In this document: piece after piece, positions 26,580-35,171 of the stretch
How the letters are laid out: every line of letters begins with the position of its first letter
Numbering within the stretch: position 1 is the first letter of the stretch
Source of the DNA: Candidatus Omnitrophota bacterium
GTDB taxonomy: Bacteria > Omnitrophota > Omnitrophia > Omnitrophales > Aquincolibacteriaceae
Length of the DNA: 64,000 nt
Assembly (NCBI GenBank): GCA_023247035.1
Contig: JAHFHG010000006.1
Coordinates: 298-64,297, forward strand
Direction: 5' to 3'
The notes under the pieces: generated by a model
The model's input: the letters and a program-made list of their open reading frames with translations, nothing else
Database searches by the model: none
What the model was told of the DNA's origin: nothing
Program-made: the position numbers and the translations under genes

Positions 26580-29500
26580 ATGGGTTTGCCGACTTTTTCT
26601 ATCAAAAGGCCCGTGCTCACAGGCACGCTTTTTTTAGCAGGCATGATCCTCGGCGGCATTTCGATTTTCCGCCTTCCGGTGGAGCTTTACCAAGGGCAGA
26701 ACCAGTCGATTGTCAGCATTATTGTCCACGCCCGAGGCGGCCTGCATCCCGAAGAAGTCGAAAAGCGGATCACCAAGCCCATTGAAGAGGCTGTGGCCAC
26801 GGTCGGCCATTTGAAAAGCCTCTATTCCAATTCGAGGGAGGCGGAGTCGCGGATCACGATGGAATTCGAGACCGGCACGGATATGAATTTCGCGGCCCTT
26901 GAAGTCCGGGAAAAATTTTCCCGGGTCAAACCGCTTCTGCCTAAGGAAATTGAAAAGCCGGTCATTGCCAATTATGACGACAGCCTGGGGGCCATTTTTA
27001 TTTTTGCGCTGACCGCCTCGGCTTTATCTCCGGAAGAGACGCGCGAGCTTGTCGAGTCCGAGCTCAAACCGATCCTGAGCCGCGTGGACGGAGTTGCAAG
27101 CGTTGAAGTCTACGGCGGGCGGGAGCGGAAGATTTTAGTCGAGTTGGACCGCGATAAAATGTTCGCCTACAACATTTCGGTGGAGAGGGTGATGGACATT
27201 CTCGGCCAGAGCAATATCAATCTTCTGGCGGGCAAGGTCGGGGCCGGAAAGATCGAATTTGCAATCCGGACCATGGGCGCTTTTAAAACGGTCGAGGAGG
27301 TCGGCGAGGTCGGCATCCAAGGCACGCGCCAGGGATCCATTATCCCCTTAAAAGAAATCGCGACGGTCAAAGATGCTTACCTCGAACCCGCGGATTATGC
27401 CCGCCTCAATCTGGAGCAGAATGTGACGGTCTACGTTAAAAAGACAAGTTTTGCGAACACGATTCCCGTGGTGAAGACCGTGCGCGCGGTTTTGGATCAA
27501 TTCGAAGAGGCCCACAAGGACAAGCTCGACGTGGTCATTGTCACGGACAAGGCCGGGATTATTTCAAAGGCCATTGACGAGGTGAAAGGAACCCTTTACG
27601 TGGGAATGGCGCTTACGGTGCTTCTGATTTATATCTTCCTCCGGCAGTGGGTCCTTTCCTTGATCGTGCTTCTTGCGCTGCCCATTTCGGTGATCACGAC
27701 GTTTATTTTTATGGATTTTATGGGGATCAGCATCAATGTGATGACGCTCAGCGGGCTTTCCCTGGCCCACGGGATTTTAGTCGACAGCGCGATTGTGATC
27801 CTTGAAAACGTTTTTGTAAAAAAGGAGCGCGGGTTTTCGGATTTGCGTTCGATCCGCGAAGGCTCGGAGGAAATGTGGCTTCCGCTCCTGACTTCCCTGA
27901 TCGCCACTTTGATTGTTTTCCTGCCGATTATTTTCATTGATAAGAAAATCCAAATCCTTTATGCGGGATTTGCCTTGACGGTAAGCATGTCCCTGATCGT
28001 GGCGTTTTTCGTGGCGCAAATGCTGGTGCCCGTGCTTTTGACCCAGTGGGCGAAGGGGAAAATCCGTGTCCGCAAGAATCTGGAATCGGGGACGGCGGGC
28101 CGGCTGAAGAAAAGCTATGAATGGATTATGCGGCGAAACCTGCGCTACCGCTACCCTGTGGCCGGCGTTTTTGTCTTCCTTTTTGTTTTTTCAACCTGGC
28201 AGATCGGCCATAAAGATATCGATACCCCGAACACGTACGAAGAAAATGAATTTTCGATCATTGTTTTTCCCCTGGCGGGCGCGCGGCTTGAGGCCAATGA
28301 CGATGCGGTCAGAAGAATTGAAACGTTGCTCCACAAAATCCCGGACGTCGAGATGTTTTCTTCCACCGTGCGTAAAGACGACGTACGTATTTTTGTCAAA
28401 CTTCATCCCAAGGCGAAGCGCGCTTATTCCAAAGACGAGATTATGAAGCTGGTCGATGAGCAGGGCAATGAATCCATCAAGGAAATCCACGACGATTACA
28501 GTTTGATTATCGATGAAGGAGAAAGCTCCAGTGAGCAGAAGAAGATGGTGGTCAATATCTTCGGGCACGAGAATGATCAACTGGAAAAGCTGGCGACGGA
28601 GTTCGCCAAAAGAATGGGGCAGGTGCCGGGTTTGGTCAATATCGTGATGACCGATTTAAGAAAGCGGCCTGAATATTCCGTGGTCGTGGACAAAGGGCGG
28701 GCGGCTTATTACGGGCTGAACGTCGAGGCGATCGCCAATTCCTTGCACGCGCAGGTGCGCGGGATGCGGCCTACGAAATTTCACGAATTAACGAGCGGGG
28801 AGGAAATCGAGACGATTACACGGCTCCAGGCCATTTACCGCCAGAAGATCGAGGACCTGCAGTCCGTTTATGTGGCCACCAAGTTCGAAAATCAGGTCCC
28901 GCTCGGCGAGATCGCCAATTTTTATCCCGCCACGGGGCCTCAAACCATCGACCGCAAAGACAAATACCGTTACGTTTTCGTCAAAGGGGATTGCAAGGGA
29001 GCGCTGGAGACGGTGGCCAAAAAAGTCAAAGAGGCCTTGCGGGACGTTCAACTGCCGGACGATTATTATTGGCGCTTCGGCGGAAGTTATGAGCTCCTGA
29101 TGCAGGGCAAATCGCAATTGACACTGGCCTTAATCCTCACCGTTTTTCTGGTCTATATGGTGATGGCCTGTCTTTTTGAAAGCTATCTGCAGCCCATTCT
29201 GATTATGATCTCGGTCCCGATGGCTACGATCGGGATTTGGCTTGCCCTGGCGCTGACGCGCAAACACTTGAGCGAAAATGTTTTTATCGGGATGATCCTT
29301 CTTGCGGGATATGTAGTCAATGCGGCGATTATCCTTGTCGATCATATGAATCACCTTAAAACCGAAGGATTGCCGGCCGAAGAGGCATTGATCCGGGCCG
29401 GAATGGACCGTCTGAGGCCGATCATCATGACAACGCTTTCGACAAGCCTGGGATTTTTGCCTATGGCCATGAGCTGGGGGCAGTCAAGCGACCTGTGGTC

Positions 29501-29669
29501 CCCTTTAGCCGTAACGGTCATCGGAGGCCTTTTGAGTTCGACCCTGCTCACCCTTTTCGTGCTCCCTAATTTCATCCTGATTGCGGAAGGAATGACCGAA
29601 AAAGTCAATAAGACCGCTTCAGCGATTGGCCGTTTATTTTTAATCTTGAAGCACCGTTTTGGATTTTAA
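26580..29669 (+). CDS. RND efflux permease (AcrB/MdtC-like), paralog 2.
   Basis: 1029 aa with the same architecture. It lies 8 bp after paralog 1, suggesting a heteromeric MdtBC-like pair. Confidence 0.9.
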   Translation: MGLPTFSIKRPVLTGTLFLAGMILGGISIFRLPVELYQGQNQSIVSIIVHARGGLHPEEVEKRITKPIEEAVATVGHLKSLYSNSREAESRITMEFETGTDMNFAALEVREKFSRVKPLLPKEIEKPVIANYDDSLGAIFIFALTASALSPEETRELVESELKPILSRVDGVASVEVYGGRERKILVELDRDKMFAYNISVERVMDILGQSNINLLAGKVGAGKIEFAIRTMGAFKTVEEVGEVGIQGTRQGSIIPLKEIATVKDAYLEPADYARLNLEQNVTVYVKKTSFANTIPVVKTVRAVLDQFEEAHKDKLDVVIVTDKAGIISKAIDEVKGTLYVGMALTVLLIYIFLRQWVLSLIVLLALPISVITTFIFMDFMGISINVMTLSGLSLAHGILVDSAIVILENVFVKKERGFSDLRSIREGSEEMWLPLLTSLIATLIVFLPIIFIDKKIQILYAGFALTVSMSLIVAFFVAQMLVPVLLTQWAKGKIRVRKNLESGTAGRLKKSYEWIMRRNLRYRYPVAGVFVFLFVFSTWQIGHKDIDTPNTYEENEFSIIVFPLAGARLEANDDAVRRIETLLHKIPDVEMFSSTVRKDDVRIFVKLHPKAKRAYSKDEIMKLVDEQGNESIKEIHDDYSLIIDEGESSSEQKKMVVNIFGHENDQLEKLATEFAKRMGQVPGLVNIVMTDLRKRPEYSVVVDKGRAAYYGLNVEAIANSLHAQVRGMRPTKFHELTSGEEIETITRLQAIYRQKIEDLQSVYVATKFENQVPLGEIANFYPATGPQTIDRKDKYRYVFVKGDCKGALETVAKKVKEALRDVQLPDDYYWRFGGSYELLMQGKSQLTLALILTVFLVYMVMACLFESYLQPILIMISVPMATIGIWLALALTRKHLSENVFIGMILLAGYVVNAAIILVDHMNHLKTEGLPAEEALIRAGMDRLRPIIMTTLSTSLGFLPMAMSWGQSSDLWSPLAVTVIGGLLSSTLLTLFVLPNFILIAEGMTEKVNKTASAIGRLFLILKHRFGF

Positions 29670-29692
29670 GCCCTGAACCGGAGGAGAGAATC

Positions 29693-30304
29693 ATGAACGA
29701 GAAAAAAACAGTTTCAACCGTCTCTACACCCGCCGCGGCGCACAGAAGGCCTTACCGAAGACGGGTCAGGAATATCCTGATCCATAAACCGATGCAGCGC
29801 GAATTTTCCTTTATCCTTGTGGCCCTTCTTATGATTTCCATATTGGCTGTCGCCTTTGTGATCCACACCACGGTCCGCGAAGTCGCGACCGGGGGCGGTT
29901 ATCAGTTCGGCAAGATCAGCCCGTACGGAATGCTCTCGGATTTGAGTTATAAATTATTATTCCGCGTCAGCTGCATTCTTTTTGCGACGTTAATCGTCGT
30001 CGGATTTTTCGGAGTCTTTTTTCTGCACCGCGTGGCGGGCCCGGTCTACCGGTTCCGCCAAATTTTTTTAAGGCTCAACGACGGCGAGATTCCCGGCCCT
30101 ATTACGCTGCGGGAAGGGGATTTCTTTACGGAAACCGCGTGGGAAATCAACCGTCTCATTAAAAGGCTTGAGTTCGAGCGGGAAAAATCAAAACAGGTAC
30201 GGGAAAAACTGGGGGAAATGACGGCTGCAAAATCCCAGGAGAGAACCGAAAAATCCGCGGGGGAACTTAAGTCTTTGGTCGAGAAGGAATACGAAGAGAC
30301 ATAG
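29693..30304 (+). CDS. Small membrane protein with two TM helices, a HAMP domain and a short coiled coil, and no output domain.
   Basis: Two hydrophobic helices, then 'HRVAGPVYRFRQIFLRLNDGEIPGPITLREGDFFTETAWEINRLIKRL' as a HAMP-like amphipathic pair, then a charged coiled-coil tail. Confidence 0.55.
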   Translation: MNEKKTVSTVSTPAAAHRRPYRRRVRNILIHKPMQREFSFILVALLMISILAVAFVIHTTVREVATGGGYQFGKISPYGMLSDLSYKLLFRVSCILFATLIVVGFFGVFFLHRVAGPVYRFRQIFLRLNDGEIPGPITLREGDFFTETAWEINRLIKRLEFEREKSKQVREKLGEMTAAKSQERTEKSAGELKSLVEKEYEET

Positions 30305-30844
30305 AGGGCCGCTAAAATAAGGCGGGGCAGCGCGCGTCCCCGTCCTTCCGCCGGAACGTTGGGAGCCCGATACCCGACGGGATTAGGATTGAGAACTTTT
30401 CAGGACGATTCCCGCTCTGCGCCACCCCCCTCCGCCTTTCAACTTTCGCAGAGAGACTCATGCCTGTTAAGCACAGCATCTTTGAGCATTCATGCGCAAG
30501 GGCCGCAAGAAAATCGCGAAGAACTTGTAAGGTTGAAAAAATAACTGTAAATTTTAAAAACTTATCAGCCCGGAAGAAATTATCCCAACCTGCTATGCAA
30601 AATAAAAAGCGCGGCAAAAATTTTTCATCCGTCAAGGGCCTTATCGCAGTTTTCCTGTCTATTTCCTTATCTCTAATGAAGAAAGGCTCCTGAGTTTCAC
30701 GCCGCGATTTTCTCCTGCTTTTGAATCCCGAGTTCACGTTGAATCGCCAGCCGCAGCTCGGGTAAATATTTCATTCCCTGGACTCTCCGCCGCTGATTGA
30801 TTCAAAACGCGAAGCTCTTTGCAAAATTTGCGGAACTCAAGATC
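30305..30844. other. 540-bp region with no convincing coding frame. It is a candidate non-coding RNA or regulatory spacer.
   Basis: Only short, overlapping ORFs in several frames. There is a GC-rich hairpin GGGGCAGCGCGCGTCCCC at about 30325-30345 without a T-run. Confidence 0.3.
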
Positions 30845-32050
30845 TTAAGATAAATTATTATCAAGAAGAAACTTTTGAAGCGCTTTTTTATAGGCGTGAG
30901 ATATTTTAAATATATCATCATTATGTGAGCCTCGGAACGGCAAAAATTCTTTGGGGGAAAGCGCTGTACGATAAAGCAGCATGGCATCTGAAAATGCAAT
31001 TTCCTCATCATCCAAACCATGGACAAATAATTTGGGAATCCGAATCGCTCTTATTTTTGATAAGGCATCGAATTTTTCCAGCAGTAAAAAATCAACCGGC
31101 AATAAAGGGTACAAATGTTTTGCTTTTAGGACGGCCGAAACGATCGAACTTTCCAAGACTAGGGCCTTCGCCTTTCTTCGGAGGCACAATTCAGAAGCAA
31201 CGGCGCCCCCCAGAGATTCGCCAATCACAACAATTTTGTCCGCATTCACATCATTTCTGGAAATTAAATAATCATACGCCGTTTGGGCGTCTTTATAAAA
31301 CCCATCTTCACTGGGCCAGCCAGAACTATTCCCGTATCCTCGATAATCAAACATCATAAGGTTTACTCCCAAATCGTGGAAAAATCTTACTCTCGCCAAT
31401 TGCGCGCTGAGATTTCCGCTATGGCCAGGACAAAACAAAAAAGTGACGTCGGCATTTTTTGCTGGAATAAACCACCCGTTTATATTTTGATTATCCGGCG
31501 TTTTAAAATTTACATCTTCGTAAAAGATATTGATACTTTCAGGGGTTGCATAGATTAGCGGGTTCGGGAGATAGAGTTGTTTCCGTTGTAGATAAATGAC
31601 ATGGAGGGAAAGAGCAATAAAAACAGCCAATAATAGAATGGCGCCATTTCGAAAATAAAAAGCGACTTTATGCCACCCCTTATCCGTTACCCGGCGATCC
31701 TTATTTCTTGAAAAAAGTTCCACGGCTGTCATGAAAACAACCGCTACATTATATCGCCCGCCCCCCGCATCCTCGACGCGCAGCACCTTGCCAATCGGTT
31801 GATTCTCCAGGGTCAAAATTTTCTCTTTCATTTTTTTAACGGCCTCAATGTTGAGGAGGGACGGGGCAAGCGCTATGATGCTTGATAACTCAGGCCGACC
31901 CTTGCTGGGGAAAATGATGCCCGCATCGCTTAATCTGTTTGAAATGGTGTCGGTCAATTTAAATGCGGCGATAGTTTTTTCATCGAATAATACTTTTGAG
32001 TAATCTATCGGCTTGTCATCTTGAATCGTATAAAAATCTAATTCTTCCAT
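30845..32050 (-). CDS. Membrane-anchored alpha/beta hydrolase (N-terminal unknown ~140-aa domain, TM helix, C-terminal hydrolase).
   Basis: 'FLFCPGHSGNLSAQ...MFDYRGYGNSSG' and the nucleophile elbow 'IGESLGG'. It is a paralog of the hydrolase at 59606-60370. The gene is AT-rich. Confidence 0.7.
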   Translation of the reverse strand: MEELDFYTIQDDKPIDYSKVLFDEKTIAAFKLTDTISNRLSDAGIIFPSKGRPELSSIIALAPSLLNIEAVKKMKEKILTLENQPIGKVLRVEDAGGGRYNVAVVFMTAVELFSRNKDRRVTDKGWHKVAFYFRNGAILLLAVFIALSLHVIYLQRKQLYLPNPLIYATPESINIFYEDVNFKTPDNQNINGWFIPAKNADVTFLFCPGHSGNLSAQLARVRFFHDLGVNLMMFDYRGYGNSSGWPSEDGFYKDAQTAYDYLISRNDVNADKIVVIGESLGGAVASELCLRRKAKALVLESSIVSAVLKAKHLYPLLPVDFLLLEKFDALSKIRAIRIPKLFVHGLDDEEIAFSDAMLLYRTALSPKEFLPFRGSHNDDIFKISHAYKKALQKFLLDNNLS

Positions 32051-32167
32051 ACTTATACTACCGATGTATCCTTAACTTTTGTCTGGAGGGATCGTCGAAA
32101 CGCGTTATGGGGCTCATCGCTTTCTTTTATACCGGGTCTTAAGGCGTTTATTTCTTTCGGGAAACCT

Positions 32168-32947
32168 CTACCAATATAAAAGCACTTGTCTTAAGGGGTC
32201 TGAAGACACCGTGAAATTTCCTGTATACGGAAAATCAAATAGAAGCATTGTAAAAAAAATCAAACCGACTAAGACTCCAAAAAGAAGAGCCGTTAATATT
32301 TTGGTTTTTAAATCCTCCGAAAAAAAGGCGAGGGAGAAAACAGTCACGACTTCTCCCACCAGCAGCACACACCACAATTGAGGATAAATGCCGATCTTGG
32401 AATTTTGAATGCGCGTGGCGCGGTTTTCGCGCAATTCGTATAATTTACGAATCGATTCTTGAAGAAAAACTTGCTCTCTGGCGTCTTTGGGCGAGTAAGT
32501 CGTAAAGATTTTCCATATTTTTTTTGAGGTTTCGATGGTGTGGAGATTAGGTTCACTTCGGGCCAAAGTTTTCCATTCTTCATTGATAATTGATTTTGTA
32601 TATTCTTCCAATAAAGCATGAATTTCTGTTTTAATAGCCGGTAAAAAAGCTTCGGTATTTCTGTTAATCTCTATGATACAGTTAGCCTCCTTCTGCACAT
32701 CCAGCTGCGTGCTCTTAAAACCTAGCCACGCCGTCACTAAAACGGTTATTAACAAGATCGAATAGATTATGGAATTGGTCCCAAAAATTAAATCCGTTAA
32801 AGGGCCGCCGTTTTTTTTCTTGCGAGCGGAAAAAATATAGTGGGAGAGCAACGTCGTAAGAATTGTCAAAAGAGCCGAGCCTGCAATGGCGCTAAGAGCT
32901 AAGGGGGTCGTGGGAATTTTCAGTAATAGCTGTTGCGTAAATGGCAT
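32168..32947 (-). CDS. Membrane protein, DUF4239-like.
   Basis: Two N-terminal and two C-terminal TM helices around a soluble middle. The match to DUF4239 is by overall resemblance only. The gene is AT-rich. Confidence 0.4.
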   Translation of the reverse strand: MPFTQQLLLKIPTTPLALSAIAGSALLTILTTLLSHYIFSARKKKNGGPLTDLIFGTNSIIYSILLITVLVTAWLGFKSTQLDVQKEANCIIEINRNTEAFLPAIKTEIHALLEEYTKSIINEEWKTLARSEPNLHTIETSKKIWKIFTTYSPKDAREQVFLQESIRKLYELRENRATRIQNSKIGIYPQLWCVLLVGEVVTVFSLAFFSEDLKTKILTALLFGVLVGLIFFTMLLFDFPYTGNFTVSSDPLRQVLLYW

Positions 32948-33957
32948 CTTATCCTTTTTGTTGCGCGAACAAACAAGAGCTTGCTTTGTTCGATTCTTTA
33001 TTGAAATGGAGGTTGCAAATTGTAATTATAAAAAGTTGCCGATGGAAAGAATCTGACAACCGGGGACGAGAAAAACTTTTTTTCCGCGTCATTCCCTTCT
33101 AACAAACGGCATTCTTCCCGCATATCTTAAGGCGCGTATCTCATGCCCGTATCACTTGCCGCATGGATTGCCTAAGAGTGCATTTGTAACGTTTCTCCCT
33201 TATGACACGTTTGGCGGAAAAAGCCGGCGGATCAACTTCTCGTTTATGAAAAACATTCAGAAAAAAAGCCGCAATGTTTCGAACGCAGCGGCCTTTCCTT
33301 ATTGAATACTCGTCGGGATGCCTGCCCGTATGGGGCGGCTCAAACGACGTGGGAATAATTGTTTTATCGTGGGTTTGTTTCCAACCCTTGATAAAAGAAA
33401 GGATCGGACTGGAAACCGAAAAGTTCTTGCAGCGCGGCCTGACTCAGGACGTCCCGGTCGTCGACTTCCGGTGGCGGACCCGGACGTGAAATTAATTTGC
33501 CGTCTTGACAACGGATGCCAGAATGTTTGAGGGCATCGTCCGAGGCATCGTCCGAGTGCGGCATAGACAGCAATGACAATATCTCGAGCGTAAGAACGGT
33601 TGCAGTCGTCGGCAGAGCAATCCTTTCGGTTAGAAGGATGGTTGTTTTGCCTATCAGAACGACTCCGTTGAGCGAGACCTTGAATCAAATCAACCACTTA
33701 CGCCTCCTTATAACTGGAACAAAGCATTAGACTGAGCGGATTAGCCCCGCAGCTTGCTGCGGGGTAAGCGAGTTCACTTCACAAGCTGACAAACTGTGAT
33801 TTTTTAAACGTTTGAAATTCGAGTGACAGCAGCGAGTCCAGTTGTGTTTTGTAAGTCGAATGAGTTTTTTGCAAGCAGTTGATGATTGCGGTGCGGAAAC
33901 TGGAAAACTCAGAGTAATATCGGGAATAAAGATTCCGACCTTCCCGCTTGACTTCGT

Positions 33958-33966
33958 TGGTATAAT
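33958..33966 (+). promoter_or_regulatory. Extended -10 promoter element (TGgTATAAT) for the nusA leader.
   Basis: TGGTATAAT lies about 30 nt upstream of the leader hairpin. The adjacent TTGACT is only 7 nt away, so it is not a usable -35. Confidence 0.45.
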
Positions 33967-33992
33967 AAACCGCTATTTTAAGCTAGAGATAG

Positions 33993-34024
33993 AAGTGGGC
34001 AAATCTGCCCACTTCTTTTGTTTT
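33993..34024 (+). terminator. Intrinsic terminator / attenuator hairpin in the nusA leader.
   Basis: GAAGTGGGCA-AATC-TGCCCACTTC stem followed by TTTTGTTTT. An AAGGGA RBS and the nusA ATG follow within 20 nt. Confidence 0.65.
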
Positions 34025-34043
34025 AAGGGAATTTAAGACGCCT

Positions 34044-35171
34044 ATGAATAAAGATCTCATTTCTTCACTGGAATATATCGAGAAAGAAAAAGGGATTCCC
34101 AAAGCGATCCTTTTGGACGCCCTCCGCCAGGCGCTTCTTTCAGCCTGCCGGAAAACTTACCCTAATCAAGAAGAGGATTTTCAAGTTCAAATCGATCCGC
34201 AAACCGGCGCTATCCAATTAGTCCGTCAAGGCCAAGTCATCGAAGATGCCGATTTCGGGCGTATTGCGGCTCAGACGGCCAAGCAAGTGATCATCCAAAA
34301 AATCCGCGAGGCTGAAAGAGAAACCATCTTTGACGAGTACCATAAACGGGTCGGAGATATTGCCACCGGAACGGTACATCGGATTGAACGGAAGGCCCTG
34401 ATTGTGGATTTTGGAAAAACAGAAGGAATTCTTCCCGCCCGCGAGCAGTCGCCGCAGGATCATTACCGGCAGGGCGATCTGATCCGCGCTTACGTGCTCG
34501 AGGTGAAAAAAACCCCGCGGGGGCCGGAGATCATCTTGTCGCGCGCCCACTCAGGCCTCGTCAAAAGGCTTTTTGAACAGGAAGTCCCCGAGATTCACGA
34601 CGGCATTGTACGGGTTCAGGCTGCGGCCCGCGAGGCAGGTTCCCGGACCAAAATGGCGGTTTCTTCAACCGACACAAAAATTGATTGCGTGGGTTCGTGT
34701 GTGGGCGTCCGCGGGCAGCGGGTGAAAAATGTCGTCCGGGAATTGGGAGGGGAAAAAATTGATATCATCCGTTACAGCGAAGATACCGAAACTTATATCA
34801 AATCCGCAATGGCCCCTGCGGAGCTGGCTGAAATCCGCCTGGATTCCAGGAACAAAGCGGCGGAAATTATTGTCGAAGACGACCAGCTTTCCCTTTCGAT
34901 AGGAAAAAAGGGGCAGAATGTACGGCTGGCCTCCAAGCTGGTCGGCTGGAAACTGGACGTGAGGAGCCGGAGCCAGAAGATACCGTTAGGCTCTTTAGAT
35001 GGCGTGGGCGCAAAGACCGAGTCCCTTCTTAAAGAGAACGGGATACAAGGAGTTAAGGATTTGTTGAAAGCCAATCCTGAAGATCTTATGAAAATCCAGG
35101 GCATTGGGCAGAAAACCGCGGAGAAAATTATCGCGGCCGCTCATCGAGCTATCCTGGAGAAAAGGCCGTAA
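34044..35171 (+). CDS. nusA: Transcription termination/antitermination factor NusA (no C-terminal AR1/AR2 repeats).
   Basis: NusA N-terminal domain, S1 and tandem KH motifs ('IDCVGSCVGVRGQRVKNVVRELGGEKIDII'). Confidence 0.95.
   Translation: MNKDLISSLEYIEKEKGIPKAILLDALRQALLSACRKTYPNQEEDFQVQIDPQTGAIQLVRQGQVIEDADFGRIAAQTAKQVIIQKIREAERETIFDEYHKRVGDIATGTVHRIERKALIVDFGKTEGILPAREQSPQDHYRQGDLIRAYVLEVKKTPRGPEIILSRAHSGLVKRLFEQEVPEIHDGIVRVQAAAREAGSRTKMAVSSTDTKIDCVGSCVGVRGQRVKNVVRELGGEKIDIIRYSEDTETYIKSAMAPAELAEIRLDSRNKAAEIIVEDDQLSLSIGKKGQNVRLASKLVGWKLDVRSRSQKIPLGSLDGVGAKTESLLKENGIQGVKDLLKANPEDLMKIQGIGQKTAEKIIAAAHRAILEKRP

Noticed and set aside
30312-30737. 141-aa minus-strand ORF and a 77-aa plus-strand ORF in the 540-bp gap.
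   Set aside because: Neither has motifs, sensible starts or RBS. They overlap each other, so I treated the region as non-coding.
33274-33730. Several overlapping 60-130-aa ORFs on both strands (for example 33299-33697 minus, 33318-33530 plus) in the nusA upstream region.
   Set aside because: They overlap each other in different frames, have no recognisable motifs, no RBS and aberrant composition (Arg- and Ser-rich), and read like non-coding sequence. I also looked here for tRNA T-loop (GGTTCGAATCC-type), tmRNA and RNase P (GGAAAGTCCGGGC) signatures and found none.
33948-33966. TTGACT -35 box adjacent to the TATAAT upstream of nusA.
   Set aside because: The spacer is only 7 nt, so it cannot act as a canonical -35. 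Only the extended -10 (TGGTATAAT) is retained.
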